Positions 1 through 10,416 of a stretch of DNA of 64,000 nucleotides are shown piece after piece (position 1 is the first letter of the stretch; each line of letters starts with the position of its first letter). The DNA lies in contig CATNEN010000015.1 in NCBI GenBank assembly GCA_950097015.1, forward strand, positions 1,674,001 to 1,738,000, written 5' to 3'. The translations under genes and the position numbers were made by a program. Source of the stretch: Macrostomum hystrix. Its lineage: Eukaryota; Animalia; Platyhelminthes. Below the pieces are notes generated by a model. That model saw nothing but the letters and a program-made list of their open reading frames with translations. It searched no databases and was not told the DNA's origin.

Positions 1-1712
1 CCGTGAGGATCTGGGGAGCGGCTGGACGCTGCACTACACATCAGCGGACAGCAGAGGCCGTGGAGGAGTCGGCGTGCTTGTCGGACCACGGCTACGCGAG
101 AGCATCTGCTGCGTCAGCCTGTCAGCCCGACTGCTGCGCGTGGACGTGAGACTACGTCGCCGCAATGTGCGGCTTTTCTGTGCGTACGCTCCCACAGCTG
201 CCCATCAGCAGGAGGCGCAGGAATTCTTCGAGTTCCTGTCAGAGCAGCTCGAGATGGTGGCGCATCGCGACGCTGTGGTGATGCTTGGTGATCTCAACGC
301 CGTAGCGCCGCGGTCCCAGCGCTGCCCGTTTGTGTCGCCACGCCAGAACGCCAACACCGCCGCGCTTGCGGACCTGATGGCGAGGCTCGACCTGGTGTCA
401 GCCAACACGCGCTTCCGCAAACCGCCCAACCGGCTGGCGACCTTCGCCGGCTGCAAGCGAAGGAGGCGGAACGCGCGAGGCCGATTCGCTACGACCCGCT
501 TGGCGCAGCTCGACCACGTGCTGATTCGCCATCGCGAACGCAGCCGGCTGCAGAACTGCGACACAATGGAACCCCTGGCTGTCCGGTCCGACCATCGCCT
601 GCTCTACTGCGACCTGAGGCTCTCTGATCCGCTGTACCGACCACCAAAACGCCCTAGAAGAAGGTACTTCCGCGCCTTGCAAGACCCAGGCACCCGCAGC
701 AGGTTTGCGTACGCCTTCGCGACCGCCCTGGGATCAGCGCAGGCGCCGGACTACAACACAATTAGCTCAGCCATCGCCACTGCCGCTGCCAAGACTCTGC
801 CGCTTATGGAACCCGCGTCACGGCAACTTCCAGTTTGGGCGAGCGACCCGGAGGTACGTGAGGCCCGCCGCACTGTCGAGCAGCTGCGGCGAGCCAGGCG
901 ACCGACATCCGATGCCGAGAAAGCCCTGGCAGACGCCTACGCAAGTCGACAGAAAGCCGCTGTTGACGACGCGATCCGGGCTGTTACCTCTGTCGGGCCT
1001 GAACGGCAGAACAGGGTCGTCTGGCCCGTTGTGAACGCCCTCACCGGTCGCAAAACGAAAGCGGCGCTCAACCTGGCTGGCGATACTGCCGAGGAGCGCA
1101 GAAACGAGCTGCGCACCTTCTTCGCCGCCATTGTCAACGCGCCGCCGCCGACTCTGCCGAACGAGATGCCGCTGCCCCCCGAGGTGGCGCTACCGCGGCA
1201 GGAGGACTTCGACACCAGTCCAGTGACCAGCACCGACATCGTGGAATTCGCCCGCAGGGCACCGGGAGGCCGCGCCCCCGGTCCGGATGAGGTCCCCGTA
1301 GAGGCACTGCGAGTCACAAGGGTTGCCACCGAGGTGGCCCGCGTGATGAACGGCGTCCTGGCGGGAGGCCCTGCGCCCCGCGAGTGGACCCAGGCCACCA
1401 TCGTCGGCATCCCGAAGAAGCCGGGCACTACAAAGAAGGAGGAGCATCGCGGGATCTCGCTCATGTCCTGTGCCGCGAAGCTGTTCAACCGGGTGCTGTT
1501 AGCACGGTTACAGCCTGTGCTGGACTCGTTTCTGCGGTACGAGCAGAATGGGTTCCGGCCCCGTCGCGGCACGGTGACTCAGATCCTGGCCCTCCGTCGC
1601 ATCATCGAGGAGGCGCGCATCCACCAGTCAAGCCTTGTCGTCATCTTTGTTGACTTTCTCAAAGCTTTCGACTCGGTGGCCCGAGTCACCGAATAATTCT
1701 CGGTGGCCCGAG
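1..1712 (+). mobile_element. Non-LTR retrotransposon (LINE, RTE-like) fragment: APE endonuclease plus N-terminal half of RT, 3'-truncated
   Basis: Frame is open from the window edge (base 2) to TAA at 1696. APE motifs VVMLGDLNA, QLDHVL, SDHRLL. RT motifs IPKK...HRGISL, QNGFRPRR, FVDFLKAFDSV. The ORF stops right after AFDSV, before the GVxQG and YADD motifs. Confidence 0.9.
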
Positions 1713-2539
1713 AGCTATTGATTAGCTACAGTCAATGCAATTTTTTTAGCATTATTACTCTTCTCGCTCTGAGAATTTTTTTTTGCAGCAGCAAGTTGTA
1801 TTCGATACAAAACTGAGGAAATAATTTCGAGCATATCTGTCAGCGTTTTAGATTCTGAAATATTATAAGATTCTTTAAGCAAAGCTGTTAGTTTTTTTTT
1901 TAGTTGTAACGTTTTTTAAGCATTCTTGCAAGCAATACGAGTATTCAATAGGATTGAAGAATAAATGAATAATGTCGCATATATGTTGCTTTGAGCAATT
2001 TTTATATTCCAAACTAACAAACATTTTTCAGCATAGCTGCAAGCGTTATCAGATTCAGAGCTAGAAATAATGTGTTGGGCTTAGCTAAAAGCGTTATTTT
2101 TTATTTCAACTTTTTGTCGAGCATTTCTTTAAGCGCTATCGATTCAAAAACAAATGAAGACTGTTGAGCATGCGCAGCTGTCAGGGTTCTTTTTCAAAAC
2201 TAAAGAAAAGTGTTTCAAGCATTGCTGAAATATTTTTTAGATTCAAAACTATGAGAAAATATTTTAATTCAAGCTTAATAGCATTATTCTTAAAAAGTTT
2301 TTTTTCGAGCGGGGAACCAATCATTGTTTTTTCTGTATTTCGAAAGCATGATAATTCGAATGAGAACATGAAACTAAAGAAAATATTGCTAGACATCAAT
2401 GAAAAGCAGCATGATAAATCAAGTAATTTACATGGAATTTGTGTGGAAAAGCATTAGATATCTAGGAAATATCTTGATTTCTTGAAGACATTGCATGAGA
2501 TTTTGAGAAGTAAAAATTCGATTTTCAGGTAATAGCATA

Positions 2540-2588
2540 ATACTAATAATGACTAGTAATAATAATAATATGATAAATAATAATAATT

Positions 2589-2627
<39 letters not shown>

Positions 2628-2675
2628 ATAATAAAATAAAATAATAACTACTAATAATACAAATAATAGCATATA
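2540..2675. repeat. (AAT)n microsatellite
   Basis: Direct read of the sequence. Confidence 0.95.
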
Positions 2676-2739
2676 ATAGCATCTCGTAGTTTGAGGGTAA
2701 TTTTTTCAAGACGATAGAATGATTTATTAAAGAGGGTAG

Positions 2740-3204
2740 TGTGACGTTGTCTCTCTAATTTAATGTAATTTTAATATGCTATTTCTAATTAAGTGCAATA
2801 TTTTCGTTAGCTATATTTGTTAGGGATATTTCTTCGGTTTTCCATATATATTTATAATGGTTTGTTTTAGTGTACTACATAGTCGTAGTTCGTATTCAAA
2901 TGTGCTAATTAGGCCTTTCCAGGAAGGCTCCCAACCCCCCCCGTGCCTGGTTCTGGTTCTACGACTGAGTGCTGGCTATTATTTAAGTGTGGCTAATTTC
3001 AGCTGTAGCCGTAACTACTTTCAAGTGAATCTTGATATATCTCTATATGTCTCTAAGTAACATATCTCTAAGTCATATAGCCAGCATTCACCGTTAAGCG
3101 ATCTCGTTATTTGCAACCCAATTTACTGCCGAATAATTTACCTTACTGCTATTCAAATAGACCGAACCGCTACGCCTATACATTGGGACCGAAACTTCGT
3201 CATA
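2740..3204 (+). repeat. 5' LTR (TGTGACG...CGTCATA)
   Basis: Matches 11097-11562 except for two substitutions and one poly-C indel that I could see. Confidence 0.97.
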
Positions 3205-3210
3205 TAAATT

Positions 3211-3224
3211 TGGAGGACCCACCG
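3211..3224 (+). promoter_or_regulatory. Primer-binding site, tRNA-Gln-like (TGGAGGACCCACCG)
   Basis: Lies 6 nt after the LTR. One mismatch to TGGAGGTCCCACCG, the complement of the metazoan tRNA-Gln 3' end as I recall it. Confidence 0.6.
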
Positions 3225-4423
3225 TCAATGACAATTCAAACTCGGTCATCGATCATCGTCATTCGTCAAAAGCTAGCTCATGCTCATCATTAATTAGATC
3301 CCAAGTACCGTCTACTAAAGTCCAACAGTGATACAGTGATTCGGTTCACGGCACAGACTATTCAGTTCACGTGCACTATCGGTTCACGGCACAGCCTACC
3401 TACTACACAGTCGATCGAGAAAGTAAACAACAACTAACCTTATCAGCTTAAGCGTATCGGCAGTGTTTCTTCGCAGAGTGAGTCAGACGCTAAGCTTAAA
3501 GGAGGGTCAGACAACCAGCCAACCTCTGTGCTCTGCGCCTGTGTCCAATCACGTGACCACTAAACACACCTGCATGGTTAGGAGTAACTCTTAATTGCAA
3601 GCGCAACAACCCCAAAGCTTTAGCCCGCCGAGCGCCACCCCTCTCGTCTGTTGAACTGCGCCTAGCCATTGCAATCGATTGCCTAAGGGTTCTCTCGGCC
3701 TGCCCCCCGCTTGATTTTTGTGGACTAGGCGAGCCAGGCTAGCACTGCAAAGCATTTCCGCCGGGTCGTCACTTACAACATCAGCAATAGCAGTCAATTA
3801 GCCAAACGGCGGCAGCAGCGGCCCTACGCCAGCTGTTCACGACAATAGCTACTACGGCAGCCGGTGCCAGTCTGCAGTTGCAACAGCGGCCAACAACAAT
3901 CGGGTAGCATCAGAGCATCGCCTCGCGGGTTGAACGGGCCTGCGACTGAAGGGCACCTGCCATCTGCGAACAAGCCAAGCCAAGCTGAACCGAACCGATC
4001 CGAGCCGAGCGGTGTGCAGCAAGCCTGGTTGAGCTGGACCTTGCCGATTGCCGTGGCGAACTGAGCAGTGTGCCGAAGACAACGGCGGCCGAGATTCGGA
4101 ACTGGTGGTTGCAGCTAAGGCTGAGTTCAATTATTTATTATTATTATTATATTAGGATCTATTGTGGCAGTAACTTTAGACTTAGGACCACCATTAGTAC
4201 TAGACTTGTTGCTCAATCATTTGTAAACTGCCACATTCTTTCTTGTGTAGGCCTAGCTCGTTCTTCGCTCCTCTTTTTCTAGTTGTGTGTCTGAGTTCTA
4301 GTCATGTCAGGCGTAAATTGAGATACCGACCAAGTCAACCAGTCAGGGGCAGCATCGTCAGGCCAGGGACCAGAGGAGAGCATCGGCCATGGGCCTGGGA
4401 CAGCAGGAGGTGCTGAGGTGGAG

Positions 4424-7400
4424 ATGGAGGGAGGTGAGCAGCCGGAGCGCGAGACCTCCTTAGGTGACCTCGCCAGAACCCTAGCCCAAATCCGTGACAA
4501 CACCAGCACCAGTTCTAGAATACCGAAATCGAGCCCTCGGCTCAGACCCCCAGTGGCCTACACACCCAAAACCAAATTTGATGTCTGGTGGACGCAATTC
4601 CGCCTGTTTCTTGAAGCCAATGAGATCATGCCTGAGCATCGGACAGCAGTGTTGCTTTCATCCCTGTCACCCGAGTGCCAAGAATTCTTTTACAACTATC
4701 GTCTGCACGAGAAAAGCTTTGATGAAGCAGTGAAGAGTCTAAGAAGCCGGTATGGCGAGCCAACCCACGTAGATAAATACTATATAGAACTGACCTCAGC
4801 CCAACAGCTGTCATCGGAGAGTATCCAGGAGTATTTTGACCGGCTCATAGGCCTAGCAAACGCCGCGGACATGAGCCGCTCTGAGTACGAGCCCCTAGTA
4901 AGGACGCGGTTTTGCTATGGCTTGGCTGACAAAACTATTGCCGAAAAACTTATCAATATGCTGCATGAAGCACCCAGGGCTTCACTGGAGAGACTCCTAT
5001 CTAGGGCTCGAGACACAGATCAAACTAGGCAGCTGCTCAAACTGACTGAGCAACCCAAGGTTAGAAGTGTTGAAGCAGACGAGATCCGAGCCCTGAAGGC
5101 GAGAATAGCAGAACTGGAGAAGAAACAGTCAGGACCACAACAAAGCACGCAGAAACCTACTAATAGCAACAGTGGTGGCCATAGGCACAACTTTCAATCT
5201 CAGAAGTCCCCCCAGGACTACTCTAGTCATGCCCGAATGAGCGGCGCCCTACCTAAATGCTTCAGGTGTAGTGAGACTGGCCACCTCATTGCCGAATGCC
5301 CCTATCCTAGAGAGCCAGGTACTGGTGCGCCACCCTCGAAGTTCAGGACCCCGCAACCCTTTAGGGAGCCAAAAAGTTTAAAGCCAAATGCGAGTTCGAG
5401 GCCACCCAGAGAGAAGGGAGTAGTGACTCATTGGAAAGACTCTTACGGGTTCATTCAGTCCTCTCAGATAGGCGACTCTGTTTTTGCGCACCTGTCTCAG
5501 TTGGTCCAGCCCCTGTTGGACCTGGCCTTAAGCCACCAGCTAGTGGGTACCAGCGTGACATTCAGCCGTGTCGCCGACGCTGGCAAGTCTAGAGACAAAG
5601 CTATTAGTGTGACAGCTACGTCGACGGACCCTAAGTGTGCTGAAGTGTCTTCAGACCTACCCAGTTACAAGGCAGGATTCTATGTTCAGGTTGAGATTGG
5701 CGAGACCAAGACTGTTGCCCTTCTAGATCCCGGTGCCAATGCCTCCCTGATTTGCCCGAAGATGCGAGACAAGCTCCTAGAAGCTGATCCAATCAATAAT
5801 GTCTTCACCCCTGCGCGCACCCAGCGCACAGCTACTGGTTTCAATGGGGCTAGTTCGCAAATACTAGGCAAGCTCCAGTGCGAAGTGAGTTTAGGCAAAT
5901 TAAAACAGCAGCACATATTCTTAGTGATTGAAGGCCAGTTATCCGAGATCCTGCTAGGGTTGGACTTCTGTGGTAATTTCCAAATTGTCATGGACATGGC
6001 CTGTGACCGTGTGACCTGCGCTGGAGAGTACGTCCCAATTTTTCGCGGCACCAATGCGATCTGTAGCGTGAATCGCGTTGTGGCCGCTTGCGATACAGTC
6101 CTGCCACCCCGCTCAGAAACGCTGATCCCAGCTAGGGCTATAGACGCTGAGAGCAGTTCCTATGGCGTTGTTAGTGCCAGATTATTCGACCCCGACCCGT
6201 CTATCATAGTCGCCAATTCATTGGACCAGGTCAGCCCCACTAGTCACGTGTTAGTCAGAGTCCTAAACAGCGGCGAAGATGAGGTGAGGATTGCCAAGGG
6301 CGAGGAGGTAGCGTCTTTCAAGAAGCTAGGAGCTGATGAGAGCGTAGTGAGTACCAGACTTAGTGAGAGTGATTTCAGCATTGACAACGAGAGCGCGCTT
6401 AATGATAAGCTGTGCAAGCTGCCCTACCCAGATCCAGGGACAGCCAAGTGGCTCTTAGACCAATTTCACCTGCAGGAGCGTAACCTGACCCAGGAGCAGC
6501 TGGATACGACAGTAAAAATGCTGAACTATTTTCTTAGCCAGATCTCGAAATCGGAAGCAGACATCGGTAGAACCCCTCTGCATGAACTGTCAATCGAGTT
6601 AAAGGACCCGAAGTGTCGCCCGATTTCTCAGCCATCGAGGCGAACAACCCCAGCGCAAAAGGAATTTCTGGATAAGTACATCGCCCAGCTCCTAAACCAG
6701 GGAGTTGTTGAAGAGTGCGACTCCGAGTGGGCCTCACCCATTGTGCTTGTGAAAAAGAAGGACGGTACATGGCGCCTTTGCGTAGATTACCGTGCGCTCA
6801 ACAAGCACATAAAGCCGTGCTCTTTCCCGCTGCCCTTAATAGACGAATCTTTCGATAGCTTAGCGGGATCCGCCGTCTTCAGTAGTTTAGATCTGACGAG
6901 CGCCTACTGGCAGGTAGGGATCCGGGAAGCTGACCGAGACCTCACCGCGTTCTCATGTCCCCAGGGCACCTTTCGTTGGACCGTAGTCCCCTATGGGATC
7001 AAGACCGCGCCTGCAAGTTTCGCCAGGCTGATGCACCGCGTGTTTCGCCCTCTTTTGCTCAGGGTTAGCCTAATTTACCTAGACGATGTCATCATCAAGG
7101 CCAGAAACAACGACGAGATGATTTCCCATCTGGCGCTAGTTTTCTGGCAGCTTAGAAAAGCGAATCTGAAAATCAGACCCTCGAAGTGTGAGCTCTTCAA
7201 GGACAAACTGAAGTTTCTGGGATTCATAGTTTCCTCAAAAGGGATAGAAGCCGATCCGACCAAAACTGAGGCCGTTCAACAGTGGTGTACACCTAGGGAT
7301 AAGAAGCAGCTTCTCTCCTTCCTGGGATTTGCCAATTATTACAGGAAGTTTGTCCCTAGATTCTCCATCATAGCCACGCCTCTGTATGCCCTAGCCAAGA

Positions 7401-8443
7401 GCTCTGAGAAATTTGTTTGGCGCCAAGTGCACGAGGCCGCTTTCCAAGAACTAAAGTCCAGCCTATGTAATCCACCAGTGCTGAGATACCCAGACCTGAG
7501 TCCCACAGCGGGCACCTTTGTTCTAGACTGCGACAGCTCCCTTGACGGTGTGGGAGCAGTCCTTTCCCAACTAGATGGGAACGACGTAGAACAAGTGATT
7601 GCCTACGCTTCTAAAAAATTCACCAGCGCGCAGCGAAACTATTGCGCCACCTTGAGGGAGCTCCTAGGTCTGGTTCTTATGTTAGAGCAGTTCAGGACTT
7701 ACTTACTTGACCGGGAGTTCCTAGTGCGAACAGATGCGATTGCCCTGAAGTGGTTACACTCGAAAAAACACGCAACCGGAATGCTCGCCCAATGGTTGGT
7801 CACACTAGAGCCTTACACCTTCAAGGTAGACCAGACTCCACTGGAGAGAATAGCGGAGTACGATTTTAAAATCTCCCACAGAGCCGGGGAATCCCACGTT
7901 AATGCGGATGTTTTGAGTCGCAACCCGAAGTTCAGAGCAGACCATTTCGACTGCCCAACCTGTAGCCTGATCCCAGAATTTATATCCAAGTTCCAGAAGG
8001 AAAAAAAACCAGCGCCATCGGATGTTAGTGAGGTCAAAATCAGCCGTATGTGTGTCAGTACTCAGACTCTAGTCACAACTGGCTGTCAGACCACCGAGCT
8101 GATATTCGACTCAGGGATTCAGCTTCAAAATGAGCCGGTTACAGACTTAGCAGTTCAGACTGACCTCCAACGGGTCCCTGAGATCCCTGAGCCTAATCAA
8201 GCTAGCAAGCGCCCAGTCATCCCAACCTCGTCTGCAGGTACTCAGGTAGACACCAAACCTAAACCGGAAACACCGCCATCAGCCGCAGCACATGCTGTGC
8301 AAGTCCAGGTCTCGGATTGGTCCACGATCGCAGACGAAGTTCTAGACCCAGGCAGTGATAACGAAGATGAGGCGGGGGCTGAACAGAGAGAAAGAGAATG
8401 GCCCGTAGTGCTCAGGATTCGAACATTGATCTTGTTTTCCTGA
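4424..8443 (+). CDS. Gypsy Gag-Pol: capsid, CCHC knuckle, cold-shock domain, aspartic protease, RT, RNase H, spacer
   Basis: CFRCSETGHLIAEC knuckle; LLDPGA protease; CVDYRALN, LDLTSAYWQ and IYLDDVII in RT; LDCDSS, YCATLRELL and TDAIAL in RNase H. Confidence 0.95.
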   Translation: MEGGEQPERETSLGDLARTLAQIRDNTSTSSRIPKSSPRLRPPVAYTPKTKFDVWWTQFRLFLEANEIMPEHRTAVLLSSLSPECQEFFYNYRLHEKSFDEAVKSLRSRYGEPTHVDKYYIELTSAQQLSSESIQEYFDRLIGLANAADMSRSEYEPLVRTRFCYGLADKTIAEKLINMLHEAPRASLERLLSRARDTDQTRQLLKLTEQPKVRSVEADEIRALKARIAELEKKQSGPQQSTQKPTNSNSGGHRHNFQSQKSPQDYSSHARMSGALPKCFRCSETGHLIAECPYPREPGTGAPPSKFRTPQPFREPKSLKPNASSRPPREKGVVTHWKDSYGFIQSSQIGDSVFAHLSQLVQPLLDLALSHQLVGTSVTFSRVADAGKSRDKAISVTATSTDPKCAEVSSDLPSYKAGFYVQVEIGETKTVALLDPGANASLICPKMRDKLLEADPINNVFTPARTQRTATGFNGASSQILGKLQCEVSLGKLKQQHIFLVIEGQLSEILLGLDFCGNFQIVMDMACDRVTCAGEYVPIFRGTNAICSVNRVVAACDTVLPPRSETLIPARAIDAESSSYGVVSARLFDPDPSIIVANSLDQVSPTSHVLVRVLNSGEDEVRIAKGEEVASFKKLGADESVVSTRLSESDFSIDNESALNDKLCKLPYPDPGTAKWLLDQFHLQERNLTQEQLDTTVKMLNYFLSQISKSEADIGRTPLHELSIELKDPKCRPISQPSRRTTPAQKEFLDKYIAQLLNQGVVEECDSEWASPIVLVKKKDGTWRLCVDYRALNKHIKPCSFPLPLIDESFDSLAGSAVFSSLDLTSAYWQVGIREADRDLTAFSCPQGTFRWTVVPYGIKTAPASFARLMHRVFRPLLLRVSLIYLDDVIIKARNNDEMISHLALVFWQLRKANLKIRPSKCELFKDKLKFLGFIVSSKGIEADPTKTEAVQQWCTPRDKKQLLSFLGFANYYRKFVPRFSIIATPLYALAKSSEKFVWRQVHEAAFQELKSSLCNPPVLRYPDLSPTAGTFVLDCDSSLDGVGAVLSQLDGNDVEQVIAYASKKFTSAQRNYCATLRELLGLVLMLEQFRTYLLDREFLVRTDAIALKWLHSKKHATGMLAQWLVTLEPYTFKVDQTPLERIAEYDFKISHRAGESHVNADVLSRNPKFRADHFDCPTCSLIPEFISKFQKEKKPAPSDVSEVKISRMCVSTQTLVTTGCQTTELIFDSGIQLQNEPVTDLAVQTDLQRVPEIPEPNQASKRPVIPTSSAGTQVDTKPKPETPPSAAAHAVQVQVSDWSTIADEVLDPGSDNEDEAGAEQREREWPVVLRIRTLILFS

Positions 8444-10416
8444 GAGATGCTGTAGCTGGAAAGGTAGAGAGGTTGTCTAAGCAGGAGCTCCAAGGTTGCA
8501 GTCGTGAGCTCAGAGCCTTATGGGCTATGTTTGACGAACTGTCTGTTGAGGACGATCTGCTGCTTCGGAACAAGCCAGCCAAGAAAAGGAAGCCCGCTGC
8601 CAAGCTTACGGTCATCCCTGAGTCTGCGAATGTAGATGAACTAGTGACCAACTACCACAGAGCCGTTAATCACTCGGGGATAAACAAGACTTTAGGAGTG
8701 GTAAAAAAGAACTTTCAAATCTCGAACCTAGAAACTATAGTCAAGGGAGTCGTAGCCAGCTGTGAGATTTGCGCTAGGACTAAGAAATGCAAGCGAAAGA
8801 ACAAAGCTCCGATGCAGCCAACTCTAGCCGGGTACCCGAACCAGGTCGTGCATGTAGACCATTGCGGACCGTTCCCTGAACAGGAAGGCTACCGGTATCT
8901 GCTTGTAATGATTGACAGATTCACCGGATTTGTGGAAATTGTCCCTGTGAAAGACGTAACTGCCGAGACAACCGCGGCAGCAATCCTGACAGAGTGGATT
9001 GTTCGCTACGGTGCTATGGAGCAAATGGTCTCGGACAATGGCACAGCATTCATAAATAACATTGTTGCAGAGCTGACCCGCTTGCTAGAGATAGATACCG
9101 TTAGAATCACTGCTCGCCGCCCCCAGGCCAACGGGAAGGTGGAACGCAACATCCAGACTATTAAGAGTCAAATTCGAGCAGTCTGTGCTGAGAGGCATGT
9201 GACTTGGCCCTTTGCCGCTAGGTGTGTAGGAATGAGCATCCGCTCTCTAGAATCCGAATCGACAGGCATGACACCTGCTAAGCTTTTTCTGGGCCGTGAA
9301 TTTCAAATGCCCCTAGACCTGATGTACAACCCACCAAGGCAAGATTGCTATGACCCGGACAGTTACGCGCACCGACTCCACCGAACTCTTGTCGAAACCT
9401 CTGCCACCGCACGGGCTGTTAGGAAGAAGGCACAGGCTAGGCAGAAGCGTTACTATGACAGATCGGTTTATAAGTCAAGCTACGAGGTTGGAGAGCTAGT
9501 GTGGGTTCTAAACCCCGACCACAAGGGCCTCGACCCAGCTGTTTGGTTTGGTCCGTACAAGGTTATTCAGAAGGTCTCTGAGAGAAACTATAGGTTGATT
9601 CCAGAGTTTTCGCGAGAGAATCCGTTCAGAGTCCCGAATCCTAGTCACAACATCTATAACGTAGACCGGATGAAGAGGTGCATCCGCCAGCCAAACTATC
9701 AGGATGTGGTTGATAGATTTAGATTAGACACTGTAGCAAGGATGCCAAGCTCATCTAAGCTAGGACAAGGAGATCTGGATTCCAGCTCCAGACAGCTGAG
9801 CTTTAGTTCTGACTGGATTTCCGAACCAGACTTGGTCACTGTCCCACCTGCGGGTCAGAAGAGCCGCTCTTTTCCGAGAAGCCAATCGTCATCAATCACA
9901 CAGCCAGTCGAACAGCCAATCACACAGCCAGTTCAACAGCCAATCACACAGCCAGTTCAACAGCCAATCACACAGACAGTTCAACAGCCAATCACACAGC
10001 CAGTCGAACAGCCAATCACACAGCCAGTTCAACAGCCAATCACACAGCCAGTTCAACAGCCAATCAAAACACTGCCAGTGGAACAGCCAAATGCTCAACC
10101 AGTCACTAAACCAGAGTCACCACCCGAGGTGCAACCTGAACAAGCACCACAAGCAGTAAACATTGTCAATAATGAACAGGTGCCAGACATCGGTGCTGAA
10201 GTTGAAGTCACAGCAGAGCCAAATCCAGATCCTCAGGCAACAGCAATACCAAATCTGCCACCAGAACCACAACCACAAATAGAACACGAACACGATCAGA
10301 CAGACCAGGCACAGAGACCAGCTTGCACTGTTACGAGGTCCGGCCGGCAAGTAAGGCCGCCGGTCAGATTCCTTTCCACGCTGATCAACCTGCTCAGGAG
10401 AGGTAACGAGAGCTAA
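8398..10416 (+). CDS. Gypsy integrase (HHCC, DDE, GPY/F) with repetitive C-terminal tail, in the -1 frame relative to Pol
   Basis: YH...HSG...CEIC zinc finger; VHVDHCGP, SDNGTAF and NGKVER catalytic motifs; WFGPYKV; terminal TRSGRQVRPP. Confidence 0.93.
   Translation: MARSAQDSNIDLVFLRDAVAGKVERLSKQELQGCSRELRALWAMFDELSVEDDLLLRNKPAKKRKPAAKLTVIPESANVDELVTNYHRAVNHSGINKTLGVVKKNFQISNLETIVKGVVASCEICARTKKCKRKNKAPMQPTLAGYPNQVVHVDHCGPFPEQEGYRYLLVMIDRFTGFVEIVPVKDVTAETTAAAILTEWIVRYGAMEQMVSDNGTAFINNIVAELTRLLEIDTVRITARRPQANGKVERNIQTIKSQIRAVCAERHVTWPFAARCVGMSIRSLESESTGMTPAKLFLGREFQMPLDLMYNPPRQDCYDPDSYAHRLHRTLVETSATARAVRKKAQARQKRYYDRSVYKSSYEVGELVWVLNPDHKGLDPAVWFGPYKVIQKVSERNYRLIPEFSRENPFRVPNPSHNIYNVDRMKRCIRQPNYQDVVDRFRLDTVARMPSSSKLGQGDLDSSSRQLSFSSDWISEPDLVTVPPAGQKSRSFPRSQSSSITQPVEQPITQPVQQPITQPVQQPITQTVQQPITQPVEQPITQPVQQPITQPVQQPIKTLPVEQPNAQPVTKPESPPEVQPEQAPQAVNIVNNEQVPDIGAEVEVTAEPNPDPQATAIPNLPPEPQPQIEHEHDQTDQAQRPACTVTRSGRQVRPPVRFLSTLINLLRRGNES
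9893..10075 (+). repeat. 24-bp coding tandem repeat (QQPITQPV)n in the integrase tail
   Basis: About 7 copies of CAACAGCCAATCACACAGCCAGTT, in frame. Confidence 0.9.
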
